A stretch of 64,000 nucleotides of DNA from Mizuhopecten yessoensis (Eukaryota): the NCBI RefSeq assembly GCF_002113885.1, contig NW_018404536.1, forward strand, positions 142,705 through 206,704, read 5' to 3'. Under the pieces are notes generated by a model. It was not told the DNA's origin. It saw only the letters and a list, made by a program, of their open reading frames with translations, and did not search any database. The translations under genes were made by a program, and so were the position numbers. Every line of letters begins with the position of its first letter. Position 1 is the stretch's first letter. Of the stretch, positions 44,201 to 56,311 are shown piece by piece.

Positions 44201-47200
44201 GTTACAGGAGAAAATTTTGTTACCACAGTGTTAATTCTAAAGGGGTGTTATTTCCTTTTTTCGTTATCATAAAAAAATACTGTTACAGGAGATACTTGTT
44301 TATCATGTTCTTTTAAAGGAGGATAATTTCAATTTTTCATTATCATGTAAAACCACTGTTACAGGAGATATGTTGTTACAACAGTGCTACTGAGTATGAC
44401 ACTATTTTATGAGAGGATTGTTTGATACAACTATGTTACTTTTAGACTGATGATTTGTATCCTATGAATGTTACTGTATTCGAAGGGGCGCTTTGCTACT
44501 GTCTTAGAATTTGTTTCATCCTCAAATTCTGTCCTTTTCTTTTCACAGAACATGGTTGCTCCAGGTGATGTTGATGAAGAATTGGAGCAGGAGACATCTG
44601 AAGAATGTACCAAATATGGTCGTGTCATAAAATGTGTCATATTTGAGGTAAATATAACACCTGCAATTGCTCCGTATCATAAGAGAAGCTAGGATTCTGT
44701 ATAGTGATATCATGATTTACCTAATTTTGAACAATCTTCTGAATTTTTTCACAAATCTTCCCCATGATCTTTAGTTAGGAAAACTACGGAAAATTTGATG
44801 AGAATTGGTTTATATTTTTTTGCTAAAGGGAAATTTTAAAGCGGTTGCTGTAATTTGGAGATTTTATATATCAGTATATATACTGGTTTGGTGGTAGGGC
44901 AACCAGATAAGTGATGGCAAGATTATTACACTAACGAGGCTGAATATTAAGACACCTGGATTAGTAGTGGCTTTATCAACAAGGCTGGAGTGAGTGTAGG
45001 GAAAAGATTTTAAACTGATGCTTATCACACGTATGCATAGTACAAAATAGTGGGATTTTAAAAAAAAAAAAAAATTCGGAATATTAACTTCGATTATCTA
45101 TTTTTAATCATAATGGGATTTACAATTGGGAAACATATTCCAAAGATTATTCATTTATGATAAATCATCAGAATAACAAGAAAATCTTTACCCTTAGATT
45201 CCTGAATGTGAGGAGGAGGAGGCAGTGCGGATATTTCTGGAGTTTGAAAGAGTAGACTCAGCAATTAAAGGTTTGTTTGGACAACTTATCATTTTATGCT
45301 CGGTTTCAAAATTAAATTTATCAAAGTTACTTAGAGCTGTTCCAGAAATAAGCATATGGAAAGGGTGGGAGGCACTTTTTAGCTCACTTGGCCCTTAAGC
45401 TTATGCCATGGCGTGACGGCCGGCCGGCATCAACTTTTCACTTTAAACAACTTCTTCTAAATAACCAAAATGCCCAGGATGATGATATTTGGCAAATATT
45501 ATGCTGGAATTTTGTTCAAATGAATGACCTTCGCCCAATTTCAAGGTCACAGGGGGGTCAAATAAGTTTAAAAACAGCTTCATCTAAATAACCAAGAGGC
45601 ATAGGGTGTTGATATTTTGGCCAGTAGCATGCTTGGATAAAGGGCTACCAAGTTTGTTCAAATGAATGACCTTCGCACATATTCAAGGTCACAGGGGACA
45701 AATATGTTAAAATCTTTGAACAATTTGAATACGGTAACAAAAATCTTCAGGGTGATGATATTTGGTCAGAAGGATGTTGGGATGAAGGGCTACCAAGTTT
45801 GGTCAAATGAATGACCTTCACCCATATTCAAGTTCACAGGGGTCAATTGTCTTAAAAACCTTTAAATAACTTCTTCTGAATTACTGAAAGCTCCAGGGTG
45901 ATGATATTTAGCCAGCAGCATGTGGAGATGAAGGGCTACCCAGTTTGTTAGAATGAATGACCTTTGCCCATATTCAAGGTCACAGAGGTCAATTGTCCTT
46001 AAAACCTTTAAACGACTTCTTCTGTTTAACCAGAAAGTCCAGGGTGATGATATTTGGCCAGAAGGATATTAGGATAAAGGGCTACCAAGTTTGTTAAAAT
46101 GAATGACGTTTGCCCATATTCAATGTCACAGGGGTCAATTGTCTTAAAACCCTTAAAACAACTTACTCTGAATAAACAAAAGGACCAGGATGGTGATGTT
46201 TGGCCAGTAGCATGCAGAGATTAAGGGCTACAAAGTTTGTTCAAATGAATGACCTTTGTCCATATTCAAGGTCACAGAGGTCAAAAATGTTGAAATCCTT
46301 AATTGACTTCTGATAAATAACTAAAGCATCCAGGGTGATTACTTTTTCATGTGAATGACCTTGACACACTTTCAAGGTCACATCTGGTCCATAGTGCATA
46401 CATCTAAAAGTCTACTTCTCAATAAACAAAAGGTATAGGGTGGTGATATTTGGCAAATTGCATTCTGGGATGAAGGGCTATAAAGTTTGTTCAACTTAAT
46501 GTCCATGTTTGACTTTCAATGTCACCGGGGTCAAATGTGTTTAAATCATTTAATATGTTCTCCTGAATGACTTAAAGTCAAGACACTGATATTTTGCCTG
46601 TAGCTTTATTTTAGTCCACCTTTAAGGTTACATCTGTGAGGTTAATACCAGGTGAGCGATGCAGACCAATTGGGCCTCTTGTTCAGAAATGCCACCACCC
46701 ATGATATATTAAAAGTGATTTAATATCAGGAATGGTTCGCAGATCTGGTTTTAACTCCATCACCCATATTATGATAAGATCAAATAAAAATATATGAATA
46801 GGGTAGGAATGCAGGAAAAACATTTTATTTTTTATTTTATCTCCTGATTACCACTGTGAATGTTAGAAATAGGTTATTATTTTAATCAAGTATGAATGAC
46901 ACCAAACTAAATGTATCTTTTTTATGCATGTAAAATAAATACATGAATAAAAATTCCTAGTCTTTGTGTTGAGCAGCTGGCTCACAGGCTCACGTTACAA
47001 ATGTCTGAAATACACATATGCTATACTGATACGGGTCACAACACACATATGTTTATGTGTGTTGTGACCCGTATCAGTATAGCATATGTGTATTTCAGAC
47101 ATTTTTAACGTGACCCTGTGGCTCGCTCGAACAACACATGTACAATGCAGTAAATTACTATTTGATCCACCTAAATGTTTATGGAATAGCCAACATCATT

Positions 47201-47849
47201 TCAAAGTTATTGGTGTTTTCAATTTGTTCAAATTAATCAGTCTACAGATCCCAACCTATACCATAAGCACAATTGTCTATGGCTACTTAGCTTCTATTTT
47301 CAAATAAAGCTGATATACTGACCAGGAGCCAAGGCTGATAAAATGCATAGCAAATTATATGTACATTTTGAACAATTAAACTGCTAATAAATACATTACA
47401 GCCTCGGTAAAACCAATAAAATGTATCGGGGTCGGCATGAAAAAATAGGGTCGGTCGGGAAATTGGAAACACTGCTATATTTTTATTTGGCCTAATCCAA
47501 GTACAGGTGCTGCCCACCTCCCCCATAAGATTAAATATGGAATAGCCCTAATATGTAATAGCTCTTATTATTTTCATTATTTCAATATTATATATCATTT
47601 TTTCCATATAAATACATGGAACAAAATAGTTTTAAGAAGATTCAGAAATATTGATGTGTAGTATTATGAAGTAATTGATCAATTACATTAAATATTGTTT
47701 AGAATCTGTTATGTTAAATAACTGCCTTTTTCTGTTCTCTAGCCATCATCGACTTAAATGGAAGATTTTTTGGTGGACGTATTGTGAAAGCTTGCTTCTA
47801 CAATTTGGATAAGTTCCGAAGGCTAGATTTAGCAGATGAAGTTGAATGA
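38221..47849 (+). CDS. RBM17: Splicing factor 45 (G-patch plus UHM/RRM), 422 aa
   Basis: Coding exons 38221-38287, 38610-38683, 39989-40081, 40617-40906, 41355-41479, 41957-42019, 42571-42628, 43182-43333, 43593-43660, 44549-44647, 45198-45270, 47743-47849; 1269 nt. MSLYDGL..., DEYNPLRPNDYEE, G-patch SVASKIMAKYGYKEGQGLGKSEQG, UHM NPSKVILLRNMVAPG...DLNGRFFGGRIVKA. AATAAA at 47947 and 48132. Confidence 0.96.
40188..40395 (+). mobile_element. V-domain SINE
   Basis: Degenerate tRNA head followed by GGTTTTCTCCGGGTACTCCAGTTTCCTCCCACA, the conserved V-SINE core. Confidence 0.75.
43734..44145. mobile_element. ~410-bp MITE in an RBM17 intron
   Basis: TIRs GGTCGCTTTCGCATATCCTG / CAGGATACGCGAAAGGGGCC; homologous to 18153-18544. 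Confidence 0.75.
45379..46683 (+). mobile_element. Helentron-type (HINE) element with a ~145-bp array, same family as 2586-3605
   Basis: 5' TTAGCTCACTTGG, about 7 units (GAATGACCTT recurring), 3' CCAGGTGAGCGATGCAGACCAATTGGGCCTCTTGTT. Inserted in a T-run with no TSD. Confidence 0.85.
46984..47120. repeat. Near-perfect fold-back (59-bp core arms, 1 mismatch, 4-nt loop)
   Basis: 46991-47049 CACGTTACAAATGTCTGAAA...ACACACATA pairs with 47054-47112. Confidence 0.9.
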
Positions 47850-48640
47850 CAAGGGCTTTGTTTTCAGAGGGTGTGGTTGAATGAGTGAGAATGTGTGAGA
47901 GTTGGACTAAAAATTTGGAATGGCTATAAACAACTTTGTGAATTTGAATAAATTTACAACAATATTCTGGCCAAGTTTATGTATACAAGCATTGCATTTT
48001 ACATCTAAAGCAAACACAATGTATGTTTGAGGTCATTTACATAATCTTAGATATTTAGGTAAAATATGATGTGCTGAGATGTTCTTGTGCACTTTTTTTT
48101 GTTTAAATATTCATTTCTAATAATCATTTAAAATAAAGACTTACAAAAGCCAAATTTTCTTCGTTTGCTATTTAAGCATGCCATCAAAGACTTACACACT
48201 GTAGTCAAAATGGCATCTTTTTACATTTCAATGTTGCATGGAAATTGTCGTTTTATACAAAAAAATGCCACAAATCTTGATTATGTGATAAAGAGGGTCT
48301 CATTTCATAAATCTCATATGAAATAAGTAAGTGCTTAAGGTCACCCAGTCTATCAATGCGAGACCCTCAAATGCATCAAAAGCTGCTTAAAAAATAATAC
48401 TAGTAATCTAAAATATTCATTTTGAACTCAAAAGATCTATTAAACTTTAAAGTGCATATTCCAGATTGAAATATATTTCATCAGGTATACATTTTGATAT
48501 TTTTGCCCGATTCTGTTATTTTGAATACTAATATAGGATTTAATTGGCTGCTATAATTATAACAGAAAGTCACACTTGTTGCAATAACATTCAGTGCTTT
48601 TGTTTGAAGGGTTTTTTTTCTCTATAAGAAAAAATCATCT

Positions 48641-49290
48641 TTAGCTCACCTGGTCCGAAGGACCATGATGAGCTTATGCCATACCGCAGCGGCCATCGTC
48701 TGTTTATCGTCGTCTTCCGTCCATCAAATTTTCCTTTAAAACGCAACTAGTCCTGAATGGCCAAGTAGATTTTGACTAATTTGGTCTGGAGCATCCTTAG
48801 GCCAAGGGGATTCAATTTTGTATAAACAATGGTGTGGACCCCTAGGGGGCAGAGAGGCGGGCCCAATTGGGGAAATAGAGGTTAAACCTTTAAGATCATT
48901 CTTTTACCGTAGGGATTAAGGGATTTTATCCTAATTTAGTCTGGAGCATCCTTGGGGCCAATGGGACTCAATTTTGTACAAACGGTGGGTGTGACCACCC
49001 TGAAGGGCAGAGAGGCGGGGCCCAATAAGAGATATAGAGGAATAGCTTTAATATCCTTCTTTTGTTTGGATGAAGCTATTTTGAACAGTAGCATCCTATT
49101 TGGAAGGGAAACCAATTTTGTATAAATGGTGGGTTTGAAACACATGGGGGCAGAGGGGCGTGGTCTAATAATGAAAATAGAAAATAGCTTCAAAATCCTT
49201 TTTCTGTAGGAATTGCATGATTATGTCCATATTTGATCTAAAGCATCCTTGGATGAAGCAAACCTAATTTTGTATCAACGGTGGGTCTAA
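48641..49290 (+). mobile_element. 3'-truncated Helentron-type element, related to 14146-15757
   Basis: TTAGCTCACCTGGTCCGAAGGACCATGATGAGCTTATGCCATACCG, a CGTC microsatellite and ~155-bp units. Confidence 0.7.
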
Positions 49291-51396
49291 AACCAAAAAT
49301 AACCTCATCATTTCAGAGCAGTGGATTTCCATGGGAAATGGTTAAAAAATTGTTTACAGTAATGAATTCTTAAAACAATGTTTAGGTAATTATAAAGGTT
49401 TGGTAGGGGTACTTAATAAGACAGTTTCTATGTACAGTACTATAGGGAGTGTTATTAGTCAAGATCAAAACCCAACAAATTATTGATGTACCATCAATGT
49501 TCAAGCATTCAGGTGCAGAATGTCAGTCCATTGAGTATTCTTGGTCAACTCAAAGTTTTTCTTCGGTGTAAAACATGAGCAACCTTTTCACAATGTTTCA
49601 CAGTCGCATACTCTCAAAGGTCTAGGTCACTGTAAGATTAAAGGTCAAATTATCTTATTGCTAATCTGGTCAAGACTTAATACAGAAGAGCTCATGATTA
49701 CATCACAAACCATTCCTGTCTTAAACTCAAGTTCACACAGCAAGGGTCAAAGGTTGAATAATTTAATTCTTGTCGGAACAATAACTTGCAGGCCTGAATA
49801 TGAATTGATGAAACTTTATGACTATACAGTAAATTTTGTATCAATAAACCTTGTGTAACCCCACGAAATCAAGTCAGAAGTCCAAACCATTATAAAGCTT
49901 GTCAGGAACAGCTGAATTATGTCATTTACAGCTCTTCATGTCTATTCTAAACTTGTCATGAATCAGTCTAATCATTGTCCAAGCAATGATTTTGCTACTG
50001 CTGAACCATGTTAATAAATTCCATTTATGAATGTATGAGGAGGACCAGACCAGACAATGCATTACAGTAGAGATCATGTGTTGCTTTAAAACATTTTAAC
50101 AAATAATTAAGTGTTTTGTCAGTTCCTTAAAACCATCAATATTACTTTGCACATAATTAAATTATAAGAATTATAAAAAAAGTATAATATAATGATTTTG
50201 AAAGGTTCAACCTATTTTATTGTTGAAATGAAATTATAAATACTTTCAGATCACAATCAATAGTTCACAGTGTAAGTCAATGGGGATTTTCTTTAAAACA
50301 TGAACATTAGAAGAGAGTACTTCAATACTCTAGCATATTCACCTGCAAGTACATTATATGATATCAGACTTGGTCAGTGTACAGATGTTCTAAAATGCAG
50401 ATTTGCAAAGCTTCAATTTTATCAATGAAAACAACTTTTCCCCATGATGGCCATATTGTTTATAAACTTACAATTCTAGGATACCTTTTTTTTGGCTTTA
50501 TGTGAATCGCAAAGACCAAGTCATAATTCATCAAAAATTGATTACAATATAAAATGAAACAGAAACATATGTTACCTTTAACATGAAAAAATTAACAATA
50601 CAGAATAACATGAGGATGGGAGTAGTTTGTAAATGAATTCATATGGAAACGATGAATTATGATACACATTACCTTAACATTAAGGTAAATTGCATTTATG
50701 CACACAATCTTTCTTATATCTCTAAATCCAAAATACTTAACATTCATTATATGTAAATATTCTTATATATGTGACTTCACATTTGACTTGAAATAAACAT
50801 CCATTCACTTTCATGCTTCAGCCACACTAGTACTCTTGCATCCCTGTATAACACATTTACACTATAATATTGGGGGTTTTTTTTGGTGTTTTTTTACAAA
50901 AGTAATTCAATGCTTACTTAAGATTGGTATATTTATATATATATATATACATGTAAGTTATATTATCAGTACGTGTCTGTTCTATAGAATAGGAAAACTC
51001 CACCTCCAGTTTATATTCAAAATTCCAACTGAGAAGAGAACAAAATGCCCGGTATTTACAAACAGTTAAAATCAAAACACACATTTATTTTTTATTCAAA
51101 TCTCATAAAAGCAAAAAATAGTAAGATTAAAACTACTGTATCTGGTTTTTATATTGTCAGACATATCTCTTTTAAATATTTTTTGCACTATTTGTAAATA
51201 CTGTACATGTGGGAAGTAAATATTAAGAAGAATTAAAGCCTTCACATCATATCTATTTCCAGCTCTCAATATACATAAATAAGACATCATATAAATAAAT
51301 GTCTCTCAATGGCAATTGAGTGCATTAGCACAGTAAAACAGAATACTTAAAACCACTGTACAACAAAAGAACAAATACATGCATTAAGTAAGAAAT

Positions 51397-51492
51397 AAAT
51401 TATCAGTGATTAAGCTACAAAACATCAGAAAATCTTTACTTCCATAGAAGTTTACAAGATTTTCGTCATACTGTTGTTTCACTAACAACTTT
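51397..51492 (-). promoter_or_regulatory. SECIS element (type II) of SELENOK
   Basis: Minus-strand RNA: AUGA-C-GAAAAUCUU-GUAA-ACUUC(UAUG)GAAGU-A-AAGAUUUUC-UGAU. AUGA/GA kink-turn core (51469-51466, 51427-51424), 9-bp helix II, conserved AA(A) at 51453-51451, apical mini-helix, and a lower helix AAGUUGUUAGUGA/UCACUGAUAAUUU. AATAAA pair downstream at 51096-51084. Confidence 0.92.
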
Positions 51493-51713
51493 GTAGTCTT
51501 AGCACTCGCCACATCAAGTTACAAGGAGTAGAATAGATCAGGATTTTAATATTACTGCAGATATTTTCTTCTGTTAGCCAGAGTTTATATGGATGCCCAG
51601 CACCTTCTGAAACTCTGCCTAAACTTTTATAAACAGTATATAAAATTAAATTAAATGAGCATCAGAGATGTCCTGAAGGTCCTCGAGGATATGCGTATAT
51701 GTTCTGCTGAGGT

Positions 51714-52270
51714 CCTGTTAGATGTCCTTCCGTAGGTTTGTAAGATGTCCTCCTGTAGGTTTGTGAGATGTCCTCCTGTAGGTTGGTGAGATGTCCTCCT
51801 GTAGGTTTGTGAGATGTCCTCCTGCAGGTGTGTGAAATGTCCTCCTGCAGGTTTGTGAGATGTCCTGTAGGTTTGTGAGATGTCCTCCTGTAGGTTTGTG
51901 AGATGTCCTTCTGTAGGTTTGTGAGATGTCCTTCTGTAGGTTTGTGAGATGTCCTCCTGTAGGTTTGTGAGATGTCCTTCTGTAGGTTTGTGAAATGTCC
52001 TCCTGTAGGTTTGTGAGATGTCCTCCTGTAGGTTTGTGAGATGTCCTTCTGCAGGTTTGTGAAATGTCCTCCAGCAGGTTTGTGAAATGTCCTCCTGTAG
52101 GTTTGTGAGATGTCCTCCTGCAGGTTTGTGAGATGTCCTTCCACAGGTTTGTGAAATGTCCTCCTGTAGGTTTGTGAGATGTCCTTCCACAGGTTTGTGA
52201 GATGTCCTCCTGTAGGTTTGTGAGATGTCCTCCTGTACTTTGTGAGATGTCCTCCTGTAGGTTTGTTAAA
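51714..52270. repeat. 23-bp minisatellite, about 24 copies, in the SELENOK 3' region
   Basis: Unit GTAGGTTTGTGAGATGTCCTCCT. Its reverse complement has no stop codon, which explains the spurious ORFs 51651-52190 and 51662-52144. Confidence 0.95.
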
Positions 52271-52383
52271 TGTCTAGGATTTTGAAGATATTTGTGTGAA
52301 GGTTCTTCGGGGTATCTGGGAGATTTCCTCCTGGATTTCTGTAAGTTTCGGTATCTACTCAGTATAACTTAATGTGTGGATTT

Positions 52384-52430
52384 ACACTCGACTATGGTCT
52401 CCCATAAAGGGAATCAACACAGCCGAGTGT
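52384..52430 (-). promoter_or_regulatory. Stem-loop immediately after the SELENOK stop (SRE/proximal stem-loop-like)
   Basis: ACACUCGGCUGUG-UUGA-UUCCC(UUUAU)GGGAG-AC-CAUAGUCGAGUGU: 13-bp lower stem with two G-U pairs, starting 9 nt after the Sec UGA. Confidence 0.7.
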
Positions 52431-55400
52431 TTACCTTCCTCATCCTCCGCCACCCATTGGTGGGGCACTAGGTCCTCCTAAAATGATAGATGCAGTAACA
52501 TGCATTAAATGTAATCCAATAAATAGTTGTATACATAGTATACATGGTTTATTTTACCGTATAATTTAATGCTGTTAATTATGTGATTATAATAGCCATA
52601 ACAATACAAAAGACAATGCTTACAAGATACTGTTGTACAAACTTTTTTAAGTTAACATACTTAAAAGTTGAACTTTTCATTTCATTGTTGATTTTTTGAT
52701 AAACAAAATGTACAAGTCCTGGGATTTTTAATGACGCCCAAGATAAAAAAATATTTTTTTTATAATTTTCTGTATATGTTTTTCAGAAATTCTAAATTTA
52801 ATGATGTAAAGTTCATGCAATCAGAAGATTTCTCTTTGTGTAGGTAACTTGAACGTGAGGTGGAATTGTCGACATAAACTTACCTCCACCGCCTCTAAAT
52901 CCACCCATTCTTCTCCTTGGAGGGGGTGGGGGCCTGAAGAAAACATGCATCAAGGTCATTTGATCACTTGAAATACATATTTAACATACATGTATTTACA
53001 ATTTATAACATGCTGTGGGTTACGTATTTAAAAGAAAGAAATGTACAGAAGTAACAAATATAAACCATCAATTAAGAAACAGTCAAATTTAAAAAGAGGA
53101 ATATTATTAAAGTATAGAGGTGGTACTCCTTATTCCCCTGTTCACTTCTATTTTACTACATGTACATTACTGTACTGGTAATATAAAATATTCACAAAAG
53201 ACTTGAGTACATGTAAATATACAGTGTATATGATTATAATAAGGAATGACTAACAAACTAAATAATAAAAGTATTACTACTGAACATGAACAGCCAGTAA
53301 TTGAGAAGTTTAAAACATACTATGGGCCATTACCCAGTTTTCAACTATTACAATGAGCCAGTTTCTATATATAAATCTACATGAAATCTTCCTAAATTTA
53401 ACAGGTCATTCCTATCTTGAATGCAAACATGGAAACCGTCCTTCTTTATCCCTGGTTAATGTTTGTGCACCTCAGTGTTCATTATACACACACTTGATTA
53501 TGTGTTATAACATTTCTTCTAGAAATACTGGTGCAATACTAGCCACTCACCCCTGTCCTGATCGGTAGTCGGTCACGTGAGAGTTACCTTTCTTTGTCAT
53601 ACTGGGCTGTAAATTAAGTATTATATATATATGTAAATATATTGGAAAACTATAACAGTAAAATTCAGTGGTACCGAGTCAGAGTGACATAAACACATAA
53701 CATGAAAGATCTGTATAATAATCAAGCAGATTTACATTTACATGACACCGGGTTGGTTTTCTTTAGAACTACATTGTTTGATACATGAAGTATTCCGTCT
53801 TTGCGTATTGCAGAGTTACATGTATCTTCTCTTGTGAGCAGGTATTGATTGTTACGTCATTTGTTTGTGTGAGAAAATTACATCGTTTTCTCAAAAATTG
53901 ATGACGTTACTCTCACAAACAAATGACGTAACAATCAATACCTGCTCACAAGAGAAATAACTCTGCAATATGCAAAGATGGAATAGAGCTTTACATTAAT
54001 TTTCATTAATTAAATTCGCCTTTTGTAAGATATATGTTGGATAAACAACTATGAACATGTACACAATAATTTGATTTTATCAATTTATGTGTTCTATCAT
54101 CTGTAGTTTTAATATATATCATGAAGGATCAACTAAGAGTATATGGTATATAATCTACAGTCTTTTTTTCAACACACGGACATGTATTATAATCTGTGTC
54201 TTTAAAAAGCTTTTAAGCGTATGAATATACTTACTGACACCAAAGTCTGGAAGCTGAAAAAAAATATGAAGCATGTTGGATCATTGAAAAATAAACTGGT
54301 AACCTGTTAGCATTAGAATAGATAATATATATATATATAACACCACATAGTGGAGTTGTACCACCATTGCCATTCGCAAGTTTTTATATGTTTATAGTTA
54401 TAGACTTTTTAAATTTCCAGGGATTATCAAGAGATCATGGATGTTTTGTGGTGAAAAAAAATACATTGTTCAACATTTTAGTACTTACAATAGTACAATG
54501 AAATTAATTAGTCCCCAAAACATTTCTGGAATGTAGGACAGTCTCCATGGTGACTGTGAGTCGACCACATTCCCTGTAACAAAAAGTCATATTTTGAAAT
54601 TAAAATCTACACAGGAATTCATATATATTTATTGTGTTACATGTTCACAACACTAGTATATATATGTACATATGTAGTCAAGCATGGTATGCACATCAGT
54701 TTACTAATCACTGCTCTACCAGGTGAAATATGGAAATTCATTTAAGCCGAGTTTGTATTCACCACTGTAACTGTTACATATATACCTTCTCATGGAAAGA
54801 ACCATTCATTTGAGTAAATAACTTAATACAATCTATACAATGTTTGAGGAATTAGATTATCGTTCAAAGTGCACAATTCCTTTCATTGGTGCAAATTAAA
54901 TGATGTCTCTGATATAAGGAGTCTGAGGTCATTTCTCAAGCACCAAAATTAAGGGCTTAAAGCTGAATCTATAAAATACAAGTGACAAGTCCAATACTTT
55001 ACCAACTAATATCAATTACAAGGAAAGTCTTTCTTGGTTCACCCCTGCGACAATGTAATTATCAATCATCTTAACTGAGATTGCATTTCTTACTTTCAGT
55101 TTATATAGCACTCTATGTATGCTGCCACTTTTGTTAATTTAATAAGTGTATCTGCAATATGTCTGACGCTTGGTAGTCCACTTCAAATAACATTTTACAC
55201 AGTTTTAAATAATTTCTTCAGGTGCAAAAAAGTTTCGTGATTATAGGAACTCAGAAATAATTAAGAAACATTCCTCTGTTCCTGTGAATTATGATCTATT
55301 AAATTATAATTCTACACTCCATTAGATCGGTCACTGGTATTATAGGCTACTAACCCGAGTTTCCTCTGGCCCCACACTAGCTGCAATAACATAGCCTCTG

Positions 55401-56311
55401 ATGATAGGACTTTTTTTATATATATATTGCCAGGTCCAGTACACTCTGCCGATTGAGCTATATATAATATATATAACTGATCTATCTGAAATAGGACTTT
55501 TGAGCTATTTTCATGTGATTTTCTTTTTAAGGAAAACTTAACAAATTTGCTTTTAAAAGAAGATTTTATCATTAGGTTGATAACAAAAGACATTAAATAT
55601 AAGTTTTCTTTTTTAAGAATATTGTAAAAAAGTCGCAAATTTTGCATTTATGAAAAATGATTTTTTTTTTATAAATGTATGCTTTTTGTAGTCAACATTA
55701 CCATCAACATTGTTTTATGCGACTTTGTTTCAATTTAATGGAAATTTGAGTGTACTGGACCTGATTGCGTCAGACTCAGAGGCCGGATATTAATATTAGT
55801 ACTAGCCAACACACCAGCCATCTATCTGTCAAAATGTCTAAGTCTGGTGTCAAGGCCAGATGAAACTCAGTTTACATAGGCTAACAAGCTAGAAATAAGA
55901 CCATAACGTCTACTTAGTGTTTTTCCATCCATTTCCAGCTATTTTTAGAATGTGAAATGATCACAGATCTCGAAGGTTCGCTTTCAATTTCATTACAGAA
56001 AAAATATAAAGATATCTAGTCATTCTGAAAATGTATCGATACAAAGAAATTTACACGTTTGCCAAGTATACTATTTGCTTTGGTTAACTGTTTGATATGA
56101 AAGAAAATGATGAAGAAATAAATGAGGTCGTCGTGGACCGGAAGGGTAAACATTCACTGTTTTATCTGCATACAGTGTACAATGACGATAATTTGGTATA
56201 TCTTACAATTACAATAGTTGACATACTCAAACTGTGACAGATGTTTCGCCCTTATATCAGAGATTTCACTGACATAAAGTATTTTCACTTACCTTGTGAC
56301 ACGTAAACCAT
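52431..56311 (-). CDS. SELENOK: Selenoprotein K, 91 aa, Sec at residue 89 (TGA at 52442-52440)
   Basis: Exons 56311-56293, 54573-54489, 54253-54235, 53606-53551, 52933-52884, 52477-52431 (276 nt, all GT-AG) give MVYVSQGNVVDSQSPWRLSYIPEMFWGLINFIVLFFQTLVSPSMTKKGNSHVTDYRSGQGPPPPPRRRMGGFRGGGGGPSAPPMGGGGUGR*. This matches the SelK signature MVY-S-G...SPWRLS...FWG...FF-TL...GGUGR, and a SECIS is present. Confidence 0.96.
53791..53985. mobile_element. Fold-back MITE in SELENOK intron 3
   Basis: TATTCCGTCTTTGCGTATTGCAGAGTTA...TCTCTTGTGAGCAGGTATTGATTGTTACGTCATTTGTTTGTG pairs with its reverse complement ending GCAAAGATGGAATA. Confidence 0.85.

Larger units (their letters stand above)
45334..47548. mobile_element. 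Old TIR element hosting nested insertions in the last RBM17 intron
   Basis: TA|GAGCTGTTCCAGAAATAAGCATATGGAAAGGGTGGG ... CCCACCTCCCCCATAAGATTAAATATGGAATAGCCC|TA imperfect TIRs. Confidence 0.55.

Noticed and set aside
51651-52190. 179-aa and 160-aa repetitive ORFs
   Set aside because: Artefacts of a stop-free 23-bp minisatellite in the SELENOK 3' region; the same peptide cycles through all frames.
55003-55044. Possible poison exon in SELENOK intron 1 (cag|GGGTGAAC...TTG|gtaaag, in-frame TAA)
   Set aside because: No polypyrimidine tract, and exon 1 joins exon 2 cleanly without it; needs RNA evidence.
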